Source: Amoeboaphelidium occidentale (lineage: Eukaryota). Taken from it: DNA of 64,000 nt. The position numbers were made by a program, and so were the translations under genes. Where the stretch lies: positions 1 to 64,000 of the forward strand of contig JALGPX010000002.1 of assembly GCA_023515795.1 (NCBI GenBank). The letters run 5' to 3'. The notes beneath the pieces are model-generated. The model was not told where the DNA came from and ran no database searches. It worked only from the letters and a program-made list of their open reading frames with translations. Shown here piece after piece: positions 22,668 through 35,039 of this stretch. Positions within the stretch are counted from its first letter, which is position 1; each line of letters opens with the position of its first letter.

Positions 22668-24900
22668 TGGTCCCTCTAACATAAGGCCTTTCTCGGTACG
22701 TTGAACTCTAATCTCTCTTGACAGTCCTACAATAAGTGCACCTCTGTCAAAATCAGCGTGTATGCCGATATTGGTAAGGATTCTCTTGAGTTCTGTGAGT
22801 TTAGTGTCACCCACTGTAATAGGATCATGTCCTTTCCATTTTTCTGCTGCAGGTAGTATATCAAGAACAGGAACGTCGGAGTCTTCTTCATACATGACCC
22901 TTCCTCCCAAGAATGCTAACTCGTAATCGTTTACTCTTGAGAACTTCAAAGAGCTCATTAAAGAATCAGTCATCTTGATCTGATAAATATTAGTGGCAGC
23001 CGAAATATTGACCAACTCGCCAACTTTGGGCACGATGATATCATCTTGAATAAACTCGCGTTCAGTTAAAAAGTCAACTATCGAGTTCGTGGCCTCTTCA
23101 GTTCCTCTGATAAGAATCAATTTCTTGGGTTGAATGTGCTGCAATATCGTCTTTACTGATTTTCCATCTGACAAACCTTCAAAGTCTATAAACTTCACTT
23201 GACACAAGACATCAAGGTTCAAATCGTACGATACACATTTTGTAGGCCTGGCTGCTAAATACTCGTCAACAGGATCAATATATGCGTTCATTTCATGTTG
23301 CGCCATCATTGAAAGAGTATCGCCCTTCAAATAATCCAATTTGGCCTGCTCAAAATGCTTGTTAACAAAATCTTCTTCAATCACTTCCTCGCCATATTCG
23401 TCCACTTTTGATCTTTTATGTTCAGTAGAAGGATAGCAGACTGTTTTTTGTTCATTGGCAAAGAAAGCAAGCGCATTCTGCCTTTGATCTTGCTGCTTTG
23501 TGAAATAATCATACTTGTCTCCAAAGAACAAAAGCTGATCATCTTCATCAGCCAACTCATTTTCATTAGTTTCATCGACTTCCTCTTCAATAAGCTTTCT
23601 TTTTCTCTCATTCAGTAATTCCTCAAGATAGTGTTTTTGTTGCTTCTCATGCTCTACTCTTTGATATGCTTCCAATTCTTCACCTTCTAGCGGAACTCTC
23701 TTTTGAACTTTTACAGAAACGCTTCTAGACCCAGTTAAGGCAGAAGTATTACAAAACATATTGTAAAGTGTCCGACTTAGAGAGTCAGGATAAGATCTAT
23801 CAACAAGCAAAACAACATTCTTGTCATTGTCACAAGTCGAAACAAAGAGATCTTTTGCCATTCCAGAGTCTAAGGAGTTTAAACTAGCAAGAACAACTCT
23901 CGGCTGCGGATATTTCTCAACATCAGCCACAGACTGACAAAGACGCAAACACTTGAAATCAAACGGTGTTTCCCTGGTATTGGAAAAATGCTTGATAGCC
24001 GCCTCGCCCATCCATTCCAGCATACTACGAGCAAATTCAATTGTTTGTACTGCGTTCGTAGTAAGTAGAAGCAAAGGAAAAGACAATTGCTGATAAGACC
24101 ATAGCTGATCCATCAAGTGCGCCAACTCCAACACTCTCAAACTTGAATCCACTGGTATCAAAACATTCCCATCACCCCTGAGCGTTGACAATAGAGTGTC
24201 CAAAAGCTCAGAGTCTCTCTTGTTTCTCGATATCTGAACATTATTTCCATTGTATGCGTCTGTGATCACAACCGAAGGCTTCGTAAACGATTCCAGTACA
24301 GTTGCGTTTAAGTGTCTTTCCCTTCTGTGATTATAATTAACTGCGTAAATGATATCATCGGTGTCTTTCTTTATCCTCCAAATTGTCCCGCCTAAGGAAT
24401 GACCAGCTGGGAAGGGCGTGATCACAATCCCAAAGCATTTTCCAGCCAAAGCAACAGACTCAGAGTATTTTAACTTCACAATCTTATTAAATACATCATC
24501 AATATCCTGCTTTGTAAACATATCGAATTCTTCTGTGAGGATTTTTGAATTAACTGCGTCGATTAAAGCTTGCCGTCCCATATTAGCCACAGGCAGCGTT
24601 GCATAAATTGGACAATTCATGCCCTGCTTGTAAGCGTAAACCACAAGGCCCAAATGAAGGATATCACCATGCGATAGCAATAGGAAATCTGCCTGTTTAG
24701 CAGCTCTACAGTTCAAATAAGCCAATGATCCATAGAAGGACTTACTTTATAATTTGGTCCAAAGTAGACGGTGGCGGGGAGAATGTATCTGTGCACCCGA
24801 TATCCAACATTATTGAAGCACCTTCGATGTTCAATACACTGCACGGGGGATCCTCATTCAGAGCACCGGAAAGCGACAAGAACTGTTTGTAGTTGGACAT
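22608..24900 (-). CDS. CPSF2: Cleavage and polyadenylation specificity factor subunit 2 (CPSF100/Cft2), 1 intron
   Basis: Motifs LLSHGDILHLG, AGHSLGGTIW, YAVNYNHRRERHL, EFARSMLEWM and FIDFEGLSDGKS. Confidence 0.93.
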
Positions 24901-24949
24901 CTTGGGAAAACGTTTGTAAGAAGATATGAGGCACAGTTTATTCATCTTA

Positions 24950-25900
24950 TCACATAACAACTCCTTCGTCGGCTAATATGGAGCCTTGTTTCAAGAGCTC
25001 AGCCATTTCAATAATGGAACGTTCTTGCAGCTTCAGAATATCCGAAACAACTAAACATTAAAGCGCGATACTTAAGAATAGCTTACTTTCATCGGTATAA
25101 GCAGGATTCCTTGAGATAACCTTACGAAGGAAGTTAATCAATGCAAAACTAAGAATGACAGATCTTTGCACCGGAAGGTTGTTGAGATAGTCGTGATCAA
25201 CTGCAAATGGATTCGACTTGTCTGTAGTCCACGTCTTTCTAAGAACCTCTTCAATGATTTCCCAGACTTTAACATCGCCAGTCGGCCACTTATCAACGCT
25301 ATCCAACTTGACAGGATTATCTCTTTGCGATTGATCATAAGTTGACATTTTGACCAATTTAGCATGGTTTGAACGAAGCTATGCGTAAATTGAAGGTAAT
25401 TTGAGATAATTTACCCATACAAAAGGGCGATCGTAACGAGCATAACCAGCGACCAAATAAGCAATCTTAGATTCATCCTTCTCTAATTCTCTATCACAAG
25501 GGCTAGCAGGAGCCATTTTAGAAGAGCTATCGAACAGGACCTTCTGCAATCTTTGAGGCAAATATAATGACTTATTTCCACTTTCATATTACGCATGATC
25601 ATAACACTAACTTACCCTGATGCTGGTGCAGCCAAGATATCTTGACTGCCATGACTTGAGTTGTGCTGATACACTCTACAAAGGAGCTCCTCTTTTCCCC
25701 TCAAATACAATTCAAAATATTTGAAACCTCGCAAGCATCCCATACTTAAGCAATCGCTCAAGAACTGGTTTAGCTTTGACTCAACTTTCTACATTTGATC
25801 AATTCAACAGTTACAAGATCATACGAACCTTTTTAGGTGCAGATTGCTGCTGCTGCTGTGAGGAATACTCCGGAGATAACTGTTGTTGTATTTGGTACAT
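24950..25900 (-). CDS. Conserved-looking protein of unknown function, 4 introns; fragmented in the ORF track
   Basis: Splices cleanly: MYQIQQQ..APKK|KVESKLNQFLSDCLSMGCLRGFKYFELYLRGKEELL..|..IAYLVAGYARYDRPFVW|LRSNH..VKVWEIIEEV..NPFAVD..|..VVM*. Confidence 0.75.
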
Positions 25901-25993
25901 CAATATAGTCTGTGGAAATCAAATTTTACAGAGCCGAAGTGAAACAAGTTCTTGCAACAGCCTCGCTCCGAGTTTTCTTGCACAAAATCGAAG

Positions 25994-28900
25994 ATGGGAG
26001 TTCCGGCACTGTTTCGTTGGCTCACGAATAAATACCCGAAAATAACGTCGCCTGTTATTCAGGAAGAACCTGGCGAAATCGATGGCTTCGTGATACCCGT
26101 TGACATCTCCAAGCCAAATCCTAATGGTGAGTTCCATTGTCTGTACCTGGACATGAACGGCATTATCCACCCTTGCACGCACCCACTAGACCGACCTGCA
26201 CCAAAGACAGAAGAGGAAATGTTCGTTGCTATCTTTGATTACATTGACAACATTATGGCGATGATAAGACCTCGCAAGGTGCTTTACATGGCAATTGATG
26301 GTGTGGCACCAAGAGCAAAAATGAACCAGCAAAGATCGCGTAGATTTAGGGCTGCTCAAGAGGCATTTGAAGCTAGCGAGGCTGAAGACAAGATTAGAGA
26401 AGATTTAACTTCGAAGGGCAGAAATTTGCCTGATAAGAGTGAGAAGTTCGATTCCAATTGTATCACGCCTGGCACGCCGTTTATGCACCGATTAGGAAAC
26501 GCTTTGAGGTTTTACATTGCAAAAAGAATTAATTCTACAAGTGGTTGGGAGAAGTTGCAGATTATTCTGAGTGATGCTTCTGTGCCTGGTGAAGGAGAGC
26601 ACAAAATTATGGATTTTATTCGCCACCAGCGATTAAGTCCAAATTACGATGTAAATATGAGGCATTGTTTGTATGGTCTCGATGCCGACTTGATTATGTT
26701 GGGCTTGGCAACTCACGAACCTGATTTCCATTTACTTAGAGAAGATGTTCTGGTTCAGCAGGGCAATGCATCAGGCTGTTCAATTTGCGGTCAACGTGGT
26801 CATATAGCATCCAAATGTATGGGATTATCCGCTGATCAGGCTATATTGCCACCGTCTGTTCCCGACAAGATGGTGAAGCCATTTGTGTTTCTGCACATCA
26901 ATGTTTTGCGGGAGTATCTCCAGTTTGAATTAAAGCATGATATGATCGATGAAACGCTAGCCACAGGGGCTACAGTCTCTGATAATGCTAGCAGGGCAAT
27001 TGATGACTGGGTTTTTCTGTGTTTCTTTGTTGGAAACGATTTTCTGCCTCATTTGCCGTCATTAGAAATTAGAGAGGGCGCTATCAATGAGCTTGTTAGA
27101 ATCTACAAAAGGCTTTTGCCGGTCATGGGTGATTTCTTAACGGATAGTGGAAACGTCAACATGGAGTTTTTGCAGAGAATCTTGCAGGAACTTGGTTTTA
27201 AAGAAGATTTTGTTTTCAAAAGGAGACAAAAGAATGAACTGGATTATCAGAACAGATTAAAAAATCTTGCTGAAGCTAAGAAAGAAACTGCGGCTCTCCT
27301 AAATGCAGCTCCTTCTGTTAAACCCGTCAAACCAGCGGATGCTTACAGGGACTTGGGTAAAACAGCGGAATCGGTTACAAAACCGTCCAACTCCAACAAT
27401 ATTCCAAGCAGATGGTCTAAAGTTTCCTCTGAGTTTGAGAAGAATCTTAGTGCCGCCGACAAGATGAGGGCTGAAATGTTCAAGGAAATGAATGGAGGAA
27501 TAGAAGTAAAAGACGTTGTTCAGCAAGAACCGAGTAAGAATGATGTGATCGATTTGACAGCGGAACATGAAAAGAAGCCCCGCGTGGTTGTCGCACCAAC
27601 AGCAAAAATACCAGACTTGGAACCAAAGGAAGGAGAAGACGAAGAGGAAGATGATCCAGAGACAGATGAAGTTCGCCTTTGGGAAGATGGATGGAAGGAA
27701 AGATATTATGCCAGCAAGTTTAAAATACCGCTTTCTGATAAGGCTTTCATTAAAAAGTTGGTTAAATCGTATGTTGAAGGCCTTTGTTGGGTTTTAAGGT
27801 ATTATTATCAAGGCTGCGCTTCGTGGAAATGGTATTATCCTTACCATTATGCGCCTTTCGCTTCTGACTTTGAACAACTGGACTTAAAAATTGAAGCCAC
27901 AACTAAATTTGATATTGGCGCTCCCTTGAGACCTTTAGAACAGCTCATGGCTGTTTTGCCTCCAGCCAGGTATATTTTAAATTTCTCTCTAACTTATTCC
28001 TTTAGTCGAAAACATATTCCAGAAAAGTTCAGGGGATTTATGACTGAGACAGACTCTTCTATTATTGACTTTTATCCGGAAAAGTTTGAGATTGACCTTA
28101 ATGGAAAGAAGCATGCATGGCAAGGTGTTGTAATCTTACCTTTCATTGATGAGGACCGTTTATTGAGAGCGATGCGTGAGCGATACATGTTGATGAATGA
28201 AGATGAAGCATTATTGAACAAGGAGGGAAATGACTTGATTTTTGTTGGTTCTTGGCACGGTTTGTATAAAATGATTAATGAGTCGATGGATATTAAGGCT
28301 AACGAAAAGGTTAGAATTGACAGGAATGTGATAAACGCTCAAGAATTCATCGACGGCTTCATATCTCCTTNNNNNNNNNNNNNNNNNNNNNATTTTTGTT
28401 GGTTCTTGGCACGGTTTGTATAAAATGATTAATGAGTCGATGGATATCAAGGCTAACGAAAAGGTTAGAATTGACAGGAATGTGATAAACGCTCAAGAAT
28501 TCATCGACGGCTTCATATCTCCTTTCAAGTCAAATCCATTTGTGCCTAATGCTACAATTCCATCGATTGTGTCCCGATGGAAGGATATTACAGGAAATGT
28601 GGCTGCATGGTAATTTTCCTCTTGAAGATTTAACTTTTAGTGCCATATATTTCAACTTAGCTCCTCCTGATGGTTTTAGAGGATTTAAAGCAGTAAGGCT
28701 ACCAGGAGCTCAAAATCCTGTTCAAATTGTCGAGTATACTGACTTTATCGATTCTTATAAATCCAAACGAGATAGTGTTACTTACATCTCCAAAATCAGA
28801 AGCAATAATCAGGAACCAGAAGATGGTCCACAGAAACAAAAGAGAAAATCCATGGAACAACATATGCACAAAGAATCCTTCAGAAATAGCAGGCCATATG

Positions 28901-29550
28901 TTCCTGCATCATCTAGAGACTATCAAAACAAGAAGAGGAGGGACAATTATGAAAGTGACAGATACAATCCTCCTAGAGACAGTTACAAGGCTGACTATCA
29001 TCGACAAGAGTACGGAGGCTATAGAATGAACGAAGGATCTCCTCCTAGTCATTCAACGTACAACAGCGAAAGGAGAGATTATGATGCAGCATCTGATTAT
29101 GGTCGATATAATACTCAAAGTAATCCAACAAGGCCTGCATTTAATCCAAACCAAGATCCATTATACGAACCTCCTATGCCCGCTGGACGCAATTATCAAG
29201 GCTATGGCGCACAAAATCCTAATTACATGCCACCCCAAATATCACAACATTCTTATCAAAACCACTATCCTCCTTACGGAGCTGCCAACTTATTTCATCC
29301 AGGACCTCCACAACCTTCCTTCTATCAAAATCAGTATCGACCATATTCATCTTCATATGACACGCAGAATCCTCCTGTCCGTCAGCCTGCTGCACCAAGT
29401 TACGAGAGTTTCTTTGACTCGTCTCGCACACAGAAAGAACCTGAATCTGAGGGAGATAATCGCGATAACGATAAGGATTCAGAATGGAGCAAAGGCATAA
29501 AAAGCAAGGGTAAAAAGCCTGCACCTCCACCGTTTCAAAAGTGGAACTGA
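25994..29550 (+). CDS. XRN2: 5'-3' exoribonuclease 2 (Xrn2/Rat1), 2 introns; contains an assembly duplication
   Basis: Motifs MGVPALFRWL, LYLDMNGIIHPC, AIDGVAPRAKMNQQRSRRF and PGEGEHKI, plus zinc knuckle CSICGQRGHIASKC. A 36-nt in-frame intron lies at 27970-28005. Confidence 0.95.
28238..28524. repeat. Direct duplicate flanking an N-gap
   Basis: 28238-28370 vs 28392-28524; difference T28294/C28448. Confidence 0.9.
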
Positions 29551-29605
29551 AACCTGTGAATATATTCAAGCATTTCGTGAAACTTTTCTTCAATTTTGCG
29601 TCAAC

Positions 29606-30923
29606 ATGTATCGCAATAAATTCATAAGATTCTCCATTCCCCTACTAGGGGGTCTTTTTCTCTGTTTCAATACTCCGTTATGGATTGTCTATTGGGCTTC
29701 ACTCAAGATGCAAGGCATTATGTTTGGTGTTGGAGCATTTTTGGACGCAGATAGGATGTGTGCTCATATTAAAATGACCCCAATTATGGAAGATTTGAGG
29801 CCTTTTATGGATAAGCTCCAAAATTGCGTAGCAGAAGGCCTTTGTAAGGAAGGCGACTACGCAATTACGAAGGCTATGTTGAATCGAGCGTCCAAACTGC
29901 CGCGGCTATACAAGATCTCGATAAGAAACGGTACTTTCACTCAGAGGGACTTTCTATGCTGAGCAGATATCAGACTTTTTTCACTTAATGCCTGATATGG
30001 ATGTTTATGTGAACATTTTAGATGAGCCTCGGATTTTGGCTAAAGAAGTCAGGACTGAAACCAAAGCGCTCTATAACGTGGACGAGAATTCGTTCATCAG
30101 TCTGAAGGGTGAAAAATCGATAATGCCTATTCTAGAAGATGTTTGTACGCAGGAAGGCCTAGAAAAGATCAAGTATCACTCTTTTGCAACCAACCCATCA
30201 AGTTTCAGCGCGAGTGAAGAGTTGCTCCCCGTATTTTCTCAAGCAACAGTTAAAGGATGCTTTCAAGACATTATAATTCCTTCTGCAGCATATTCGACTG
30301 CGCCAGAAGTGGAGGCTTGGGAAGGAAATGTTTTAGAATGGAACAGCAAGCATAAAATGTCGTTTTGGCGAGGCTCTACAACTGGAGGCCACTACCAGGA
30401 AGGTACAGACTTTCACAGGTTTCATAGGAACAGATTTATAGAACTTGTTAACAAAGATGGCACTTATTTAAGAAAACATGTTGACGCTAAATTCACAAAG
30501 TACATTCAATGCGGTGAATCTATTTGCGAAGGAATGCAACAGGCTTACGGGGAACCAGCTGCAAGAGTTAGTCCGCTAGATATGTTAAATTACAAGTATC
30601 TGATAGATATTGATGGCAATTCTTTCAGCCAGAGGTATCTGACGTTTTTGAGGTTTAGCAAATCGTTTATTTTCAAAATCGCTTCATTTGATGATTGCAT
30701 CACGAGATATACAGAGCCTTTTAAGCATTACATACCGATTAAGATGAATTTTAGTGATTTTGAAGATAAAATACGATGGGCCCATGAGAATGATCAATCT
30801 GCTGAAAAGATTGCTACGGAAGCATACAATTACGCTCGTAGCCATCTGAAAACATTCGACATGAAGTGTTATACGTACAAGCTTTTAATGGAATATTCTA
30901 AATTATTGGAACCGGTTGAATAG
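29606..30923 (+). CDS. Glycosyltransferase family 90 (CAP10-like), type II membrane anchor
   Basis: Motifs MPDMDVYVNILDEPR, FQDIIIPS, FWRGSTTGG, YKYLIDIDGNSFSQR and PFKHYIPI, with an N-terminal TM. The junction near 29930-29975 is either an intron or a frameshift. Confidence 0.85.
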
Positions 30924-30953
30924 ACTTTTGCGCCGAGTTCTTGTTGTTTCATC

Positions 30954-33014
30954 ATGTCATCTGTCGGAGCAGAATCAAGTCCGTTTAAACCTCCTGCTGC
31001 ATTCATTAAGGCTTCCGAGGAAAGGCAGAAGAAGGTTAAAGCGAAGAAGGATGAAAATGTGCCTAAGATTCCATCATCATCGCCTGTAAAAGGCACTGTA
31101 TCACCGACTAAAAGAGATGATCAGTCCATGAAGTCTCCAAAAGCCTCAACCCCTGCACCAGTCAAGGCGATCAAGAATGCATCATCAGTACCATCAAATA
31201 AAGCAGCTGGATCTTCCAAATCCCCAAAACCTGCTGGTTCCAACAGCTCATCTCCCATGTCCAGCACTGCCAAAGAGATTGAACATATCAGACAAGCAAG
31301 AGATGATCGCAGAGCAAAGTTGGCGCAATACAAGAAACTGCAGGGCGATATGACGTCTAAGGAGCAAATGCTGGTTGGTTACAAGTATCTCATCAAAAAG
31401 TTCCAGAAGCAGCATATGCTATCAGAAGATCAGGCTGTAACCTTAAAAGATGATCCTGCTAGTAATATTTGGTCGACTGCTTCAGGTAGCGACATTCGTG
31501 TATGCGTTAGGAAGAGGCCTGCAAGTGAAAAAGAAGAACAGACCCTTCTGGATGTTGTAACAACTGGCCATCCATTGACACGAAAGAACGAACTATACCT
31601 TCACGTTACAGGAAATTCATTTGACTTGACACCGTCTGTAGATACGCATTTGTTCAAGTTTGATAGAGTCTTTGATGAGAAGAGCAAGAATGTTGACTTG
31701 TACACGGAATCTGTTGAGCCTCTAGTGAATGCATTCATGAAGCAACCAGGCTCAAGACCAACATTCTTTGCGTTTGGCCAAACAGGAAGTGGAAAGTCAC
31801 ACACAGTTTTTGGCAACGATAAAGAGCCAGGGATTGTAATGTTGGCTGGTAATAGGATTTTCGACAAGTTAGAAAGTGACATATCAAAAGGGGCTGTGAC
31901 ATTGAAGATATCATTCTTTGAGATTTACTCCAACAAGATTATTGATCTTTTAAACCAAGGACAGATTCTGAATCTAATGGAGAATCCGAGTTCAAACATG
32001 GTCCTTCCTGGTTTGAAAAATGTAACAATCAGCTCATTGGCTGAGTTTTTGAAGTGCGTTCACTTGGGCCAAAAGTTTCGCAGGACAACAGCAACAGATG
32101 CGAATAGTCAGAGTTCAAGAAGTCACGCTATAATGCAGATTTATTTATCTCCTGCAGGAGCAGAGGTTCCGCTTGAACGTACGTCAATATTCTCTGTCAT
32201 AGATTTAGCTGGTTCTGAGAAGGCAAGTGAAGCAAATGCTTCTGCAGCAGATCGACAAGCAAGACTTGAGAGCGGTGAGATCAACAAGAGTCTGTTGGCA
32301 TTGAAAGAATGTATCAGAGCTTTGGGTGACAAAAATGCCAAACATGTTCCATTCAGAGCTAGTAAATTGACAATGGTTCTGAGAGATTGTATTGGGGGCG
32401 AGGGACAGAAGAATGCTGTATCAGAACCAGACAGTGCTCCATGCAAATGGGTTCTTATGATGACAACAATAAGATGCACTGATGATGCTGTTGAGCACTC
32501 GCTCAACACTTTGAGATATGCTCATAGACTACGAGAATCCACATCTGTTCCTCCAGAGACTCTTGTGGAAAGAAAAGCATTGAATAAGGCTGATTTCTTG
32601 GATAACTTGGCATCAAAAGAGAGCGATGAGCAAACTAAAAAAGAGCAGCATGTCCAATTCAAGGAAAAGCCTAAATCCGCGACTCCTGGTCGAGACAGGA
32701 CTTCGATTTCAGTCCCAATGCCACCAGTGAAATTCAACAAGACTGATATTCCTGCACCAAGATTAGATTCTGCCTTGAATGATGTCGATGTTGTAGAAGA
32801 ATTGAGATGGATACATCAGTCATCACTAGAAAGGTTTCATCTATTAGGAAGAGACAAAGAAGAAGCATGGTTGCATAATGATAACATGTCTACCACAAAG
32901 GACATTCAAGATTATGTTACATTCCTGAAAGATATCGTGGTTACAAAGAAGGCTATTCTAAAAGATCTAGAAGATGCTATTGACAAGGTCTCACAGGAAT
33001 TTGATCTCGAATAG
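30954..33014 (+). CDS. Kinesin-13 family motor (internal motor domain)
   Basis: Motifs IRVCVRKRP, FKFDRVFDE, FAFGQTGSGKSHT, NSQSSRSHA, DLAGSE and EINKSLLALKECIRAL (KEC motif). Confidence 0.88.
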   Translation: MSSVGAESSPFKPPAAFIKASEERQKKVKAKKDENVPKIPSSSPVKGTVSPTKRDDQSMKSPKASTPAPVKAIKNASSVPSNKAAGSSKSPKPAGSNSSSPMSSTAKEIEHIRQARDDRRAKLAQYKKLQGDMTSKEQMLVGYKYLIKKFQKQHMLSEDQAVTLKDDPASNIWSTASGSDIRVCVRKRPASEKEEQTLLDVVTTGHPLTRKNELYLHVTGNSFDLTPSVDTHLFKFDRVFDEKSKNVDLYTESVEPLVNAFMKQPGSRPTFFAFGQTGSGKSHTVFGNDKEPGIVMLAGNRIFDKLESDISKGAVTLKISFFEIYSNKIIDLLNQGQILNLMENPSSNMVLPGLKNVTISSLAEFLKCVHLGQKFRRTTATDANSQSSRSHAIMQIYLSPAGAEVPLERTSIFSVIDLAGSEKASEANASAADRQARLESGEINKSLLALKECIRALGDKNAKHVPFRASKLTMVLRDCIGGEGQKNAVSEPDSAPCKWVLMMTTIRCTDDAVEHSLNTLRYAHRLRESTSVPPETLVERKALNKADFLDNLASKESDEQTKKEQHVQFKEKPKSATPGRDRTSISVPMPPVKFNKTDIPAPRLDSALNDVDVVEELRWIHQSSLERFHLLGRDKEEAWLHNDNMSTTKDIQDYVTFLKDIVVTKKAILKDLEDAIDKVSQEFDLE

Positions 33015-33048
33015 ATGCGCAGTTTGAAGTTTTTTGTTCTGTGCGTTG

Positions 33049-33501
33049 ATGACAATCGAAAGTGCAGAAAATCAACCATCTGAAGAGACGCACGAAGTAT
33101 CCTGTATGGAGGACGGAGAATTAATAGAGATGCGCGACAATGCAGTCGCAGAGCCTCCAGCAAACGAAGACGTCTGGGATGACACGGAGTTGGTGAAATT
33201 CTGGAATGCGACCATTGATCAGTTCAAAAGCACGAACGCTATCAAAGCAGAAATAGACGGAAAAGTCGTGCGGGAGATTATTCATGAGGCCCCAATGCCC
33301 GGTAAATGGCAAACAGTGAAGGTAGAAGCAGAAAGCTTAGCGGAATCTAAGAAGTACAAAATATCAGATCAGGAACTTGACCATTGCAACACCAGCTTAG
33401 AACTACCGCATATCGTGCAGAAGCTGACGGAAGCATGGTACAATGTTGGATACTATACGGCTCTTTATGAAATGAAAACGACAACAAACAAGACTAACTA
33501 A
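33049..33501 (+). CDS. SMN1: Survival motor neuron (SMN)-like protein without a Tudor domain
   Basis: Gemin2-binding segment DVWDDTELVKFWNATI and C-terminal YG box AWYNVGYYTALY. Confidence 0.82.
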   Translation: MTIESAENQPSEETHEVSCMEDGELIEMRDNAVAEPPANEDVWDDTELVKFWNATIDQFKSTNAIKAEIDGKVVREIIHEAPMPGKWQTVKVEAESLAESKKYKISDQELDHCNTSLELPHIVQKLTEAWYNVGYYTALYEMKTTTNKTN

Positions 33502-33511
33502 AGTCAATCTA

Positions 33512-33744
33512 TTACGACCTTGCAGCTGAAGCACTTTCCGCTTCTTTCTTAGCCAGGGCGGCTGCCTGCTTTTGGCGCAAAATAGCTGCATCACTAAACA
33601 ATATTAGTTCAGCTCCATGGAATCTTATTAGTAAACTTACTCTTCTCGCTTCTTGTGAAGAGGTCTGTCATCAGCCTTCTTCTGCGATTGCTGCTTCTTC
33701 ATGTTCTTAGCTCTTGCTCTTTCTCTTTGATCTCCTCTGGTCAT
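33512..33744 (-). CDS. Small EDRK-rich factor (SERF/4F5), 1 intron; absent from the ORF track
   Basis: Spliced product MTRGDQRERARAKNMKKQQSQKKADDRPLHKKRED|DAAILRQKQAAALAKKEAESASAARS. Confidence 0.9.
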
Positions 33745-33901
33745 TTGAGTTTATTAACTTATGCTTCAGTCACACAGACACACAGATAGTTAGAAAATGA
33801 CGTTGTTCCAATTGATTCGACAAAGCTGAGGTCAATTGACAGAAAACAGTTTCACATGAAAATTCGTCACCATTTCACTTGGCACCTGAGCAACACTCAA
33901 C

Positions 33902-34582
33902 TCATAAGGAGTAAATCTTTTCTGTTCCGCTGATGAAGTTATCTTCTGAGGCATTCATTTTTGGAGTGTAGTCTTTTGGTAATTTGAACCCTGTGCAAAT
34001 CACAAATGCTTCGAAACTGCCCTCTCTGCTACTGGGTGGCTTAGCAGTAGTCACATAGGGAAAGAAAACTCCCATCTGAGCATACAACAAAGTAGAATCT
34101 TTTCCTCGGAATATCTTTGCGACAAATGTCCCGCCTTCTTTCAAGACATGCGCAGTAATGTTTAGTGCAGCAGTTAGAAGTTGAGCTTGCATGTACTCGT
34201 CCATATCATGTAGCCCTGTGACATCTGGTGCACCATCGCATACAACTAAATCTGCCTTATCACCATCAAAATGCGATATGATATCTTGTGCAGTTTCCTG
34301 TTTAGTGATGTCTCCCTGCAGAAGCGTTATCCCGTGCAATGGAGCCATATTTTGTAAATCCACAGCAACTATTTTTGCACCGTCTTTAGTAGAAAGCTTC
34401 TTTGATAGCACTTGGGACCATGATCCTGGTGCAGCACATAAATCAACAGCTTTCGTGACATTTGTAAATAAATCGAATTCTTCGTCTAATTGGAGCAGTT
34501 TATAAGCGCTTCGTGCTCGCCATCCTTCTTCTTTGGCGAGCCTGTAATAAATATCGCGTTTGTCTTTTGAAGCTTTGCCCAT
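33902..34582 (-). CDS. TRM7: tRNA 2'-O-methyltransferase Trm7/FTSJ1
   Basis: Motifs [43 protein letters not shown] and [12 protein letters not shown]. Confidence 0.95.
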   Translation of the reverse strand: MGKASKDKRDIYYRLAKEEGWRARSAYKLLQLDEEFDLFTNVTKAVDLCAAPGSWSQVLSKKLSTKDGAKIVAVDLQNMAPLHGITLLQGDITKQETAQDIISHFDGDKADLVVCDGAPDVTGLHDMDEYMQAQLLTAALNITAHVLKEGGTFVAKIFRGKDSTLLYAQMGVFFPYVTTAKPPSSREGSFEAFVICTGFKLPKDYTPKMNASEDNFISGTEKIYSL

Positions 34583-34647
34583 TTCAAGAGCGATTGTGAT
34601 GTTCCAGCAAAAAGGCCTGTTCTTTTTCAAATCGAAACTTTCTCTAG

Positions 34648-34908
34648 ATGAGCGGTTACCCTCCAACGACATATCCTCCTCAGCAACAAAATTACTATCC
34701 ACCACAAGGCGGCTATCCGGGACAATCAGCACCGATGGGACCTCCACCGCCAAACTATTATAATCAAGGCCAACCTCCACCTCAACCAGTTTACATGCAT
34801 AATGCGCCACCGCCTCAACAACAACAAGGTGGTCTTGGTAACGACAATTGCGTGAAAATGCTCATCGGCGCAATCTGTTGCTTCTGTTGCTTAGACGCAA
34901 TGACGTAA
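34648..34908 (+). CDS. CYSTM-family protein, copy 1
   Basis: P/Y/Q/G-rich N-terminus and Cys-rich tail [18 protein letters not shown]. Confidence 0.85.
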   Translation: MSGYPPTTYPPQQQNYYPPQGGYPGQSAPMGPPPPNYYNQGQPPPQPVYMHNAPPPQQQQGGLGNDNCVKMLIGAICCFCCLDAMT

Positions 34909-35039
34909 GATTTACTTGTTATACGCAATAAAATAATAATTCATTCGTTATTTGAAGTCTCTGCGTTAGTAATGCAGACGTTTTCTTGTCACGACATTTC
35001 CTTTCAATCGTGACACCAAACTCGTGCACAAATCACTGA

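Noticed and set aside
33745..33901. Possible C/D snoRNA (ATGACG..CTGA) between SERF and TRM7
   Set aside because: The C box is imperfect, with no terminal stem or recognisable guide; more likely promoter or UTR sequence.
34583..34810. N-terminal extension of TRM7 in the ORF track
   Set aside because: It is antisense to CYSTM copy 1; the conserved start [10 protein letters not shown] is at 34582.
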